From an uncultured Actinomycetes bacterium (lineage in GTDB: Bacteria; Actinomycetota; Coriobacteriia; Anaerosomatales; CAVRZR01): DNA of 64,000 nucleotides. The DNA lies in the NCBI GenBank assembly GCA_963809535.1, contig CAWEJW010000001.1, positions 163,136 to 227,135 of the forward strand. Direction: 5' to 3'. A program made the position numbers and the translations under genes. Numbering within the stretch: the first letter of the stretch is position 1; every line of letters begins with the position of its first letter. The notes below the pieces were generated by a model. That model was not told where the DNA came from, did not search any database, and worked only from the letters and a program-made list of their open reading frames with translations. This document shows, in pieces, positions 9,541 to 18,423 of this stretch.

Positions 9541-10437
9541 CTAGGTGAGCGCGGCCACCAGGTAGCCCAGAGCGAGCAGGGCGTTCGTCAAGAGAACCGC
9601 GATGACATTGGCGCCCTGCGCCGGTATCAGTTCCTCGAAACGGTCGTAGTACTTGAGGGTCGTTCGTATCGCCTGCCCCGCGAAGAACGCCGCTGGCAGC
9701 GCCAAGAGCGTCCACGGCGTGAGCACGCCCGTGATGACGCTGACCACGATCGACAGGTAGACTCCCACCTCGACCGCCGCGTACAGCCATCTGGCGTTCT
9801 TTTTGCCTAGTAGGACGACCATGTGTCGGCGCCCGCCAGCCTTGTCGGCCTCCGTATCCGGAAACTCATTCAGGAGCAGCAAGTTGTACGTGAGCAGGCC
9901 AGCTGGAATGCCTGACACCCACGCGACAGTGTCGATTCGTCCAGTGAGGACGAAGTAGGTGCCGACCACCGGGAGAGTCCCGAGCGCGAATCCCGCCGCG
10001 ATCTCCCCAAAGCCCACGCGGGTCAGGATCGGAGTGTAGGCGACCACAGCGGTGGCTCCGATGGCGCCGATGGCGAGCAGCTGCCAGCCGGATACCCACG
10101 AGAGGTACAGGCCGATGAGACTTCCTGCCACGAGTGTGCCGATGCCTAGCGCAAGCGCTTGGCGGTCGGACATCGCGCCAGCCTTGAGCAATCCGCTACC
10201 ACCCGAGAACGGGGTCTGCCTTGTCCGCAGGTCGATTCCACTCCGTGCGTGGTCATGCCAGTCGTTCAGGACGTTGACGCTCGCATGCAACAGCACCAGA
10301 CCGATAGCTGCCAGTGCGAACCGCAGCCAGTTGAACGATCCTTGCCAGAGGGCGAGCATACCTCCGTGCGCGACAAGAGCCACGGAGAGCAGGAGGAACT
10401 GCGGGCGGGTCTCACGGAACCACGGGGTCTGCGCCAC
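9541..10437 (-). CDS. UbiA-family prenyltransferase (MenA-like)
   Basis: NVLNDWHDHARSGID (NDxxD motif), multiple TMs, second Asp-rich region LNEFPDTEADKAGG. Start uncertain. Trimmed to GTG 10437 because the 5' 64 codons of the ORF are Arg/Pro-rich and non-membrane. Confidence 0.75.
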   Translation of the reverse strand: MAQTPWFRETRPQFLLLSVALVAHGGMLALWQGSFNWLRFALAAIGLVLLHASVNVLNDWHDHARSGIDLRTRQTPFSGGSGLLKAGAMSDRQALALGIGTLVAGSLIGLYLSWVSGWQLLAIGAIGATAVVAYTPILTRVGFGEIAAGFALGTLPVVGTYFVLTGRIDTVAWVSGIPAGLLTYNLLLLNEFPDTEADKAGGRRHMVVLLGKKNARWLYAAVEVGVYLSIVVSVITGVLTPWTLLALPAAFFAGQAIRTTLKYYDRFEELIPAQGANVIAVLLTNALLALGYLVAALT

Positions 10438-10717
10438 GAATCCCCATCTCCTCGTGCACTGAGTAGGCAGCTGTGTTTCTGAACCGCCTGCTAGCGTCTC
10501 ATATCTCGGTCGGGATGTTCGCCTGTTGGGTGATCTTCGTTCACTCAACCCTAGCGAATGATGGCGGTCGGCGCTTCCACGAAGCGCATTGGGCACTCTT
10601 CTTGCAGTTCGTGGAGACTTGGTGAACACGCCCGCTCCTGTTGCCCGGATACGTTGCGAGGTCTAGGGTGTCATGAGCGCCATTTCTGTCCGCGCAGCCA
10701 AGTGAGAGTGAGTCAGC

Positions 10718-11323
10718 ATGATTCGCGCACGAAGGATTCGATTCGCAACCGTCGCAGTGGCGTTGATGCTGCTCGCGCTGGTGCTGCTCGTCGCGGGGTG
10801 CGGCAGTAAGTCATCCGGCTCGACTGTCAAACCCGGCCCTACCGCACTCGGTAGCCTGCCCGCTGCTCGTTCGGCGCTTTCGACCATGGCTCCCGATGCC
10901 AAGCTGCTGGTCGTACAGACCGCGCAAGCCGTCACCCCGACCGCCACGCCGGTGTGGGCCTATCTCTTCGGCTCTCCGTCGAATGACAAGACCTTCGTCG
11001 TCTATCTGACTGGCGGCCAGTCGATGGGGGCGCAGGAGTACGGGACAGCCGGCCTGAGCGCAGATGAATGGAAGCAGGTTCCAGGCACCGACGGCTGGAC
11101 AGTCGACAGCGACACGGCCTACACGAAGGCTTTGGCCGCAAGTGGCGCGAAAGGCGATCCCAACGCCTACATGATGGGCCTGTTGACGTACAAGTCCGCC
11201 GAGGACACGTCGACCATCAAGCCGTTCGTATGGCGAGTCATCTTCGACCCCGGCAAGAGCGGCGCGACGACAGGCACGATCGAAGTGGACGCAAAGACCG
11301 GCGATGCGTCGGTCGCGAAGTAG
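10718..11323 (+). CDS. Lipoprotein, unknown function
   Basis: Signal peptide plus lipobox LLVAGCGS. 201 aa with no recognisable catalytic motif. Confidence 0.6.
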   Translation: MIRARRIRFATVAVALMLLALVLLVAGCGSKSSGSTVKPGPTALGSLPAARSALSTMAPDAKLLVVQTAQAVTPTATPVWAYLFGSPSNDKTFVVYLTGGQSMGAQEYGTAGLSADEWKQVPGTDGWTVDSDTAYTKALAASGAKGDPNAYMMGLLTYKSAEDTSTIKPFVWRVIFDPGKSGATTGTIEVDAKTGDASVAK

Positions 11324-11486
11324 CCGCAATCTCGCGCGCGAGTGAGCCTTGCGTCACTCGCGCACGACAGCGTCTTGACGAGGAGCCGTCCCAGTGGGGC
11401 GGCTCCTCCGCATTCATGCTCCTCGGCGGACCCTGCAGCTCCGCCGCAAGACGACCTGCTCCAACGGAAACCAAAGGGGTCCACGG

Positions 11487-11996
11487 ATGACCAGGCAACA
11501 ACTCCTCGGCAAGATCGACAAGGCGTGGCTCGATCTCGCTGACTCCTACGCGGGTCTGTCCGAATCGCGGATGCTCGAGCGGGGAGTCACGAGCGCCTGG
11601 TCCGTACGAGACGTCATCGCCCACGTGACTTGGTGGGAAGAAGAGGCGTTGAAGCACCTACCCGCGGTGGCAGAGGGCGTTCGGCCACCGCGGTACTCGG
11701 ATCTCTACGGCGGCATCGATGCGTTCAACGCGCTCATGACCGAGCAACGCAGCACACTGTCGGTGGACGAGATCCTCCGAGGTTCCACCGAGACGCACGC
11801 ACGTCTCATCGACTACCTTGAGGACGTTCCGGAGGGACTCGTCGCGTCGGAGACGCCCTTCCGGCACAGGCTGCGGCTCGACACCTACGCCCACTACTCG
11901 AAGCACGCGAAGGCGATCCGGGAGTGGCGGGAGCGAATGGCTGCTAGTCCCTGGGGAACACATGGGGGACAGCTCGAAGGAAGGGAGTCGCCGTGA
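11487..11996 (+). CDS. DinB/ClbS-like four-helix-bundle protein
   Basis: MTRQQLLGKIDKAWLDLADSYAGLSE...WSVRDVIAHVTWWEEEAL. Start trimmed to ATG 11487 (AAAGGGG RBS). Confidence 0.65.
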   Translation: MTRQQLLGKIDKAWLDLADSYAGLSESRMLERGVTSAWSVRDVIAHVTWWEEEALKHLPAVAEGVRPPRYSDLYGGIDAFNALMTEQRSTLSVDEILRGSTETHARLIDYLEDVPEGLVASETPFRHRLRLDTYAHYSKHAKAIREWRERMAASPWGTHGGQLEGRESP

Positions 11997-12132
11997 ACCC
12001 CGAGCCGTCGAGCGACCTTCCGACCTGGCCGAAGGTGAACCTGACGCCACGGAGTCGGGATTCACTCGGCCGGCCAGTAGTACCTGGCTGGGTACCGCCA
12101 GGCATGGGACTTCCGAGTCTCTCAGGTGGTCG

Positions 12133-12354
12133 CTAGGTGGCTGGGCCAGACATGCAGAAGTAGTAGGAGCCCAGGTCGTAGTCGCTCCAGACGGGACACT
12201 CGCCACAGATGCACCCCTTGGGGTTGGGATCGCATTCCGTGGCGCCTCTCGAGCAGAAGAGCCTCTGGTCCTTTCCCTTCATGCACTCGTTGTACGTCGG
12301 GCAGCCGGGGCACAGGCACCTCGTTGCGTTGGCGCTCGAGTCCTCGACCTTCAC
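12133..12354 (-). CDS. Cys-rich small protein (DUF2769-like)
   Basis: 73 aa. CLCPGCPTYNEC...FCSRG..EC...GCICGECPVW. Its ATG overlaps the stop of the upstream gene (ATGA). Confidence 0.7.
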   Translation of the reverse strand: MKVEDSSANATRCLCPGCPTYNECMKGKDQRLFCSRGATECDPNPKGCICGECPVWSDYDLGSYYFCMSGPAT

Positions 12355-12821
12355 CCTGCACCTCCGCCGGCGGGGGCGGAATCGCCAAGCCGCTCCTCGA
12401 CGAAAGCGAGGTGACGCTTCTCATCAGCATCGAATCGCTTGAGCATTGTTGCGACTTCCTCGTCGCCGACGTCCCACTCGGTAGCCTCGCTGTAGTGCCT
12501 GTTGTGATAGTTCTCTGCGGTCTTCATCGCGTGCAGAACGCCGCGCGCCCCCAACATGCTGCGGAACGCGGTGACCCAATCGGCCACCCGGCCCATGACG
12601 TCCACCTTCAGATCCGGCTTCGTCCCTCCCAACCGCACGATCGTGTCCGAGAGCGTCGATGCGTGGTACTGGTGCTCTCCCTGGAAGCGCTCGAACTCCT
12701 TGCGCACGTCCTCATCCTTCACGTGCTCGAGTGCTTCCGCGTAGACCTGAACCGCATCGGTGTCCAGCTGGGCGAGATCCTCCAGCCTGCGCAGCAACAT
12801 CTGCGTCTCCATAGTCGTCAC
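12351..12821 (-). CDS. Ferritin-like four-helix-bundle protein (DUF2383/PA2169-like)
   Basis: 156 aa. LAQLDTDAVQVYAEALEHV...FERFQGEHQYH...ENYHNRHY...DEKRHLAFVEERL. Confidence 0.7.
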   Translation of the reverse strand: MTTMETQMLLRRLEDLAQLDTDAVQVYAEALEHVKDEDVRKEFERFQGEHQYHASTLSDTIVRLGGTKPDLKVDVMGRVADWVTAFRSMLGARGVLHAMKTAENYHNRHYSEATEWDVGDEEVATMLKRFDADEKRHLAFVEERLGDSAPAGGGAG

Positions 12822-12956
12822 CCCTTGCTGTCCGACAACAACTCGACAGTCCTACATTCCCTTCTTCTCGGATACGGGTTCGCATCCGGTGCAGGCGATT
12901 CTCGGGTACCCTTATGGACGACCGTTGCCGATGCCTGTGCGAGTGTGGAGGTGCGC

Positions 12957-13793
12957 ATGTACGGCCGACCAGCCCGCGGGACAGTCCGCCGCCCCATCCC
13001 CGGGCGTTTCCTAGCCGCACTCAGCCTTGTCGCCGGATTCGCTCTGTTGACGGCAGCCGCGCTGCTCGTCGGGGGCGCACCCATCGCTCTCGGTGCAGGC
13101 GCCAGCGCGGGAGCACCGGCGTGGACGTACGTTGACATCGGCGTCGAGAACGAGGAACCGGGAGGGCCGTTCTGTCTCGTGGCCGGGGAGCTTCCCACCG
13201 CTACCCCGCTGCCTCAGGCCGTCGAGCTGGCGGTGCCCGCCAGTAGCACGCCGCAGTGGGTGGGGGAGATCTATCCCAGCAACACCGCACTGGATGCGCA
13301 ACTGCCCTACAAGGTGTCTCGTCGTGGAACGATGGACGTGTACTCCCTGACCCTCGCGGGTTCGAGGCTCGGTCAGGTCGAAGCACTCGTGCCCAGTCTG
13401 ATCACTGTGTCGGGTTCGAACTACGTGGTAGCGCTGAACTGGGTGGCGCCCGGGCCCGCAGTCACGTGCAGAATAGCCGTCACCCTGCCGTCGAACGCCG
13501 AGATCGTCACAGCCGACGAAGGTGCGCTGACGGCCATCGACTCGCAGGGCGGCAAGCACTACTACCGCTTGGTAGAGAACGTGAAGACCGGCGACACCGT
13601 GTCCCTGAACTTCACGTACACGGCTCCGACGACGACAACCGAGACAAGCGCCTCAGGCGGCATACACATACCGCTGATCTGGTGGATCATCGGCATCACG
13701 GCAGTGGTCGCGCTCGTGCTTGTGGTTGTGGTCCTGCGCCAGAGTGTGCGTGCAGCCGGCACCCCGGGCGAGGGACCGGGAAACGCCGAGTAG
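12957..13793 (+). CDS. Secreted, C-terminally membrane-anchored protein of unknown function
   Basis: The 555-aa ORF is trimmed to ATG 12957 (GGAGG RBS) because its 5' part is antisense to two better genes. Signal-like N-terminus (FLAALSLVAGFALLTAAALLV), C-terminal TM (IWWIIGITAVVALVLVVVVL). Confidence 0.6.
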   Translation: MYGRPARGTVRRPIPGRFLAALSLVAGFALLTAAALLVGGAPIALGAGASAGAPAWTYVDIGVENEEPGGPFCLVAGELPTATPLPQAVELAVPASSTPQWVGEIYPSNTALDAQLPYKVSRRGTMDVYSLTLAGSRLGQVEALVPSLITVSGSNYVVALNWVAPGPAVTCRIAVTLPSNAEIVTADEGALTAIDSQGGKHYYRLVENVKTGDTVSLNFTYTAPTTTTETSASGGIHIPLIWWIIGITAVVALVLVVVVLRQSVRAAGTPGEGPGNAE

Positions 13794-13855
13794 ACCGCAC
13801 CCAGCCCATTCAGAGCTGTTGATCGGCACGTACCGCGAGTGCGGTCAGGGATCCG

Positions 13856-15340
13856 CTAGAGGTACTGCCACACGTCGTCGATGCCAGCCTCGGTTGCCGG
13901 TAGACACTCGGCAATCGAACACGCGTACGCGCCGCTGTCCGGGTCGATCAGCCTCAGGTCGATGACCTCGGCCTCTTCTAGCCAACGCCCCTCAGGGTCG
14001 ACAAGGATCTTCACGCGCGGGTGCAGCAGGTCGTCGTTGTTGACGCGGTAGACGATGCCGATGCGGCGGTCGTCGAGCATGACGACTGCGCCCATCGGGT
14101 AGATGCCGAGGAGCGCGACGAACGACTTGACTATGTCGGGGTCGTACGCCTTCCCGCGCCCCTGCATCAACACCGCAAGGGCCTTGTCCGGGCGAATCTC
14201 GCGTCGGAACGGCCGGCACGTCGTCATTGCGTCGTAGGCATCGCTTATCGCAACGACCTTGCTGAACAGATGCTGTTCCTGACCTCCGGTCGGTTCCGGG
14301 TAGCCTTGCAGGTCGTGGCGCTGGTGGTGCTCGTACGCCACGATCATCGGCATCTGGTCGACCATCTGGATGCGCTTGAGCAGGTCCGCTCCCTCTTCGG
14401 AGTGCGACTTCACGACGTTCCACTCGTCGGTGGTGAGGGGACCTTGCTTGACCAGGATGTCTTCTGGGATACGCACTTTGCCGAGGTCGTAGAGGAGAGC
14501 CGAGAGGCCGAGCGAGTGCAGCGATTCCTCGTCCAGGGTGAGCGCGGCACCCAGGGACAACGACATGATGCAGACGTTGATCGAGTGGTTGAGCGTGTAC
14601 TCGTCGTGACTCTTGATCGCTGTCAGCCCCAGAACGGCCGCGGGGTCGCGGAGCAAGCTGTCGAGCATCGCCGACACGATCTGCTGGAGCGGGGAGACAT
14701 CGAACATCTTGCCGAGCTTGCAGCGAGTTTCGACGTCGCGCATCGCCGCGATGCCGGCGTCGTAGCTCGCGCGCGCGGCTGCCTTGACCTCGCGGCTGCG
14801 GCTCTCGTCCTCGGCGGTGTCGAGCGTGCTCGTTTCGGCGAGTGTGATGGTGCTGACGTCGTGCTCCTCCAGGTAGAGCTTGGCCGAGTCGACCTCTGAG
14901 ATCTTCGTATTGAATAGGAGGTTGAGGAGCGAGGCGACGTCCGACGTCGCGAGCGAGGGCGCGAACGTTATGGCAGAGATGCCCCGCGCGAGGAACTCCT
15001 CGATGAGTTTGCGATACGTCACGCTCTCCTCGGGGAAGACCTGGTTCTCCACGAAGAGCGTGTTCTTGTAGATGTTGATGGTGACGTCGTTGAAGCCCAG
15101 GCCGAGCACCGCTTCGACCGCCTGCACGAGGTCCGTGAGCGACTGCTCGACGAGCGGGTGCGTCAGCGGGTAGAGCGCCGCATTCGTGTGGGCGACAGCC
15201 AGCGTACGCACGAGCTCTTTGGCAGTCGCGAGTTTGTCCGCACTGGCGAATGGCGCCTTGCTCAGCCCATGTGTCTCGGACACCATGTCTTGCGGTGTCT
15301 CCAGGGCTCCGGCGTCAACGGCGGTTGCTTCAGGCACCAT
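13856..15340 (-). CDS. HD-GYP domain protein with substituted metal-ligand motifs
   Basis: C-terminal HD-GYP domain: LNHSINV, LLYDLGKVRIP (YD where HD is expected), KSHSEEG, HHQRHDLQGYP (HHQ..GYP), SDAYDAM. N-terminal module of about 230 aa. Confidence 0.85.
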   Translation of the reverse strand: MVPEATAVDAGALETPQDMVSETHGLSKAPFASADKLATAKELVRTLAVAHTNAALYPLTHPLVEQSLTDLVQAVEAVLGLGFNDVTINIYKNTLFVENQVFPEESVTYRKLIEEFLARGISAITFAPSLATSDVASLLNLLFNTKISEVDSAKLYLEEHDVSTITLAETSTLDTAEDESRSREVKAAARASYDAGIAAMRDVETRCKLGKMFDVSPLQQIVSAMLDSLLRDPAAVLGLTAIKSHDEYTLNHSINVCIMSLSLGAALTLDEESLHSLGLSALLYDLGKVRIPEDILVKQGPLTTDEWNVVKSHSEEGADLLKRIQMVDQMPMIVAYEHHQRHDLQGYPEPTGGQEQHLFSKVVAISDAYDAMTTCRPFRREIRPDKALAVLMQGRGKAYDPDIVKSFVALLGIYPMGAVVMLDDRRIGIVYRVNNDDLLHPRVKILVDPEGRWLEEAEVIDLRLIDPDSGAYACSIAECLPATEAGIDDVWQYL

Positions 15341-17453
15341 TATCGGCTCCTCTGTTCGCGGCTCCTACAGGCTGCATCTCTGATTCAGCGTGTGTCCACT
15401 GCACTCCGGAGTCGGGCTTCCCCCGTTCTGGCTCGGCACACGTCTCGCTCGGCAACGGGGGAACGGGCGTGATCTCGGACGAACGGGACTCAGCGGCCGG
15501 CCGCGGCGATGCGGGCGGAGAATCATCCGATGTCGCCCGGTCATTCGCGGTCCACGTCAGCGCGGCTTCGGCCTCGTTCTGCTGGGCGATTGTGAGTAAT
15601 GCCCGGTCGGCGAGGAGTCGCAAATCCTTGGTCCGGCGCCTGAAGGCGGGTCGTTTCGAGATGCGGCGCAGCGTGGGAATGGCCTCGACCGTTCCCATCT
15701 GGGCCAGACTGCGAACGATCTCCTTCTTGAGCTCGTAGTTCTGCCGGAAGACGTTGATGTCGTCGAGGGTGCGTAGCATCAGCGGCACCGATTCCACCGC
15801 CCCGACTCTGCCGATCTCTCTGACCGCAAGGCGCTGTGTTTCGGGGTCCCAATGGGTGAGCGCCTTCCCAAGCGACTGACGCGCAGTAGCGTCCGGCGTC
15901 TCTGCTAGTGCTCGGATAGCAGCAAGGCGTACGTCTGTGTGGACGTCCTGGAGCGCTTTGGTGAGCGTCGGCACCACGCGGTGGTCGCCGAGGGCAGGCA
16001 GGATCCGCAGCACGGTGACCAGTGCGAGTGCGTCGTTGCCGCGAAGGCGTCGGTTCGCCACGCCGAGCACTGGTTCGCCCATGCTGCGCAGAACCGGGCG
16101 CATGAGCGAGCGACTGTCGTCGTCGGTGCGGTCGTAGAAGTCCACGAGTGCTTCGGCACCTGCGGCACCGGCTGCGGCCAGGATCTCGCCGGCGATCGCG
16201 GCCTCGGCGTCGTTGATCGGCGCTCGGCATACGTCTGTGAGCACCTTGGGGTCGGCAAGCGAGGCGCGGGCGGCCGAAACGCTATCGGTCAGCGCCGGAT
16301 CGGATGCAAGCTCGTCGAGGCGCCGGAGAGCCATGCGCGTTGTCGTGAACGCTCCGTCGCGTGCTGCCCGGGGGAGAGCGTTCGCCATTGCGTGCACGGA
16401 CTCGGCGTCTGCGTGGCGCCTCGACACCGCGATCGCCGCGGCGAGTGCCTTGCCCGCCGCCAGCGACGGCGACGCGACCGCGATCTGACGCTCGAGGTCG
16501 GAGCGGTCGGTTTCAGCCGAGGCTTCCTCGGCAAGGGCCGCGTGATTGACCGTCACGGGCACTTCGCAGTCGGAATCGGAGCGGGCCGAGGGAGCCATCA
16601 TGATCTCCAGCAGCTGGTCCATGCCGGGCGGGAGCTGCATGGCGTTCGCGATGCGGGACGCATCCGTTCCGGTCTGAGCAGCCACGGTTGTAAGTAGCCG
16701 AGCGAGTGCGGCAGGCCTCATGTGAGCGAGCACCCGAAGCATGCCCACCATCCGGGTGCCTGACGCGTCCGCCTTGAGCGACCAGGCCAGCACCTTCATG
16801 CGGGTGCGCTCGTCAACACGCATGAGTGCCTCGGCCACGCGGGACATCGCAACGTCGCGCGTCGCGCGCTCGAGTCGGTCGACCGCTGCGAGCATCTGGT
16901 CGCGTCCCACTCCGATCCCCGCCGAAGTGGCCCACGTCTGCGCAGCCGTCACCGTCTCCTCGGCGATCTCTTCGAGAGAAGCGGTCAGCAGGTCGAGTCC
17001 CACGAGGCCGGCCTCTCCGGACGGGCGGAGCGTCACCTCGATCACGGCGATGTGTTCGACGCCGGCACGCACGAGACGGGCGCGGAAGCCGCCTTCGCGA
17101 CGGACCTGCATGGCGTCAGCCAGCACGGCTTCGACGAATGCCGTTGTTTCGCGCTCCGTCACGCCCGGTACGATGATGAGCTGGCCGACCTGAAGTGCGT
17201 GGAGCAGCTGCGCGAGCTGAGTCCCGTGTGAGATGCCGGACGCCACCTCTTCTTCGCCCATGCGGAACCCGTGCGGGTCCACGATGTAGCGGAGTGGCCC
17301 GAGTTGGCCTGCAATCTCGTCCGACCGCGCGGCGAAGACGGACGCCGCTTGCGCGCGGAGCGGACTGGAAGGCGGGTACAGCCGCATGGCGTTGACCGCC
17401 GAAGCGAGCAGGCGCAGGGCCTCCTCGGCACGTGGGTGACGCTGTGGGTCCAT
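15330..17453 (-). CDS. HEAT-repeat protein
   Basis: HEAT/PBS-lyase-like repeats (DVRLAAIRALAETPD, ETQRLAVREIGRVG..VPLMLRTL, VRSLAQMGTVEAIPTL). Stop overlaps the HD-GYP start by 11 nt. Start set to ATG 17453 (GGGAGGGAG RBS; ORF maximum 17525). Confidence 0.7.
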   Translation of the reverse strand: MDPQRHPRAEEALRLLASAVNAMRLYPPSSPLRAQAASVFAARSDEIAGQLGPLRYIVDPHGFRMGEEEVASGISHGTQLAQLLHALQVGQLIIVPGVTERETTAFVEAVLADAMQVRREGGFRARLVRAGVEHIAVIEVTLRPSGEAGLVGLDLLTASLEEIAEETVTAAQTWATSAGIGVGRDQMLAAVDRLERATRDVAMSRVAEALMRVDERTRMKVLAWSLKADASGTRMVGMLRVLAHMRPAALARLLTTVAAQTGTDASRIANAMQLPPGMDQLLEIMMAPSARSDSDCEVPVTVNHAALAEEASAETDRSDLERQIAVASPSLAAGKALAAAIAVSRRHADAESVHAMANALPRAARDGAFTTTRMALRRLDELASDPALTDSVSAARASLADPKVLTDVCRAPINDAEAAIAGEILAAAGAAGAEALVDFYDRTDDDSRSLMRPVLRSMGEPVLGVANRRLRGNDALALVTVLRILPALGDHRVVPTLTKALQDVHTDVRLAAIRALAETPDATARQSLGKALTHWDPETQRLAVREIGRVGAVESVPLMLRTLDDINVFRQNYELKKEIVRSLAQMGTVEAIPTLRRISKRPAFRRRTKDLRLLADRALLTIAQQNEAEAALTWTANDRATSDDSPPASPRPAAESRSSEITPVPPLPSETCAEPERGKPDSGVQWTHAESEMQPVGAANRGADNGA

Positions 17454-17609
17454 CTCCCTCCCCCGCTCGGATCTGCCGTCGGTCCGTCTCGGAAGTGCGC
17501 GGGCACGCGGGTCGGCGCTCGCCATGTGGCGCCTGCAATCCTTCTATCGGCTTCTCGAGCGCACTCCTTCACGTTGTTGAGCAGGTTCTGATGTGGCTCG
17601 CCCAAGCGC

Positions 17610-18278
17610 GTGGATCCAGAACATCTTCCGGCGACCGTCACAGCGTTTTGTGGCGCGAGCCTCGGAATACATGTGACGGCGCTCACAGAACGACGCGGAT
17701 TCGAGTGGGCGGCCGATGCAGTTGCGCGTTCACGCGACCGATACACACGACAAGTCCCGGAAACACCGGACCGGGAGTGGGGCGTGTCCCTCAAAACAGA
17801 CGCATACTACAGGACGGTCGCCGACGAGGCGCTCCGACATACCGGCGTCGTCGAGCCGCCCATCGCCATGGAGGCGGTGGCGAGGCGACTCGGGCTACCC
17901 GTGTGTCTTGTTCACCTGCCCGCGTTCTTCTCCGCCGCCGCCATCAACGAGGACGGCATGCCCGTGCTCGTGCTCAACTCAGCGCTTGAGGAGGCGGGGC
18001 GGCGGCGTCATCTTGCCCACCTTCTGGGACACGTGCTTGCCGTGCTCGACGATCCTCAAGCGACCTACCCGAGAGACGGGCGTCCCGATCATCACGAGGC
18101 CGACGTCATCGCCTCCGAGCTCATTCTGCCTTCCTGGATCGTCGTGGAGCAGGCAGCGAAGTGGTTCAACGACCAGCGCTATCTCGCGCGACTCTTCGGC
18201 GTCACCGAAGCTGAGATGCTGTCGAAGATGCGAGAGATCGGGCTCGTGAAGTCACGCGGACTTGTCTGGGACTACTGA
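17610..18278 (+). CDS. ImmA/IrrE-like (DUF955) domain protein, catalytic Glu not conserved
   Basis: LAHLLGH at nt 18018-18032, where the family has HExxH. Also ADVIASELILP. Start uncertain (GTG 17784 with GGGAGTGGGG RBS is an alternative). Confidence 0.55.
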   Translation: MDPEHLPATVTAFCGASLGIHVTALTERRGFEWAADAVARSRDRYTRQVPETPDREWGVSLKTDAYYRTVADEALRHTGVVEPPIAMEAVARRLGLPVCLVHLPAFFSAAAINEDGMPVLVLNSALEEAGRRRHLAHLLGHVLAVLDDPQATYPRDGRPDHHEADVIASELILPSWIVVEQAAKWFNDQRYLARLFGVTEAEMLSKMREIGLVKSRGLVWDY

Positions 18279-18423
18279 TATCGCCGAAATGGATATCATC
18301 GAACAGTAGGCCCAAGACGCGCGCCAGGGAATGCACTGCGAGGCGCACAGCAGGGCGCCGCCCGGCGAGTCACTGCGGGCTCACGCGGAAGCCTGAACCA
18401 CGACAGCACGCACAGGAGGATCC

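Noticed and set aside
12126-12956. 5' 277 codons of the 555-aa plus-strand ORF
   Set aside because: This part is antisense to the DUF2769-like and ferritin-like genes and is Arg/Ser/Pro-rich. A good RBS plus a signal peptide start at 12957.
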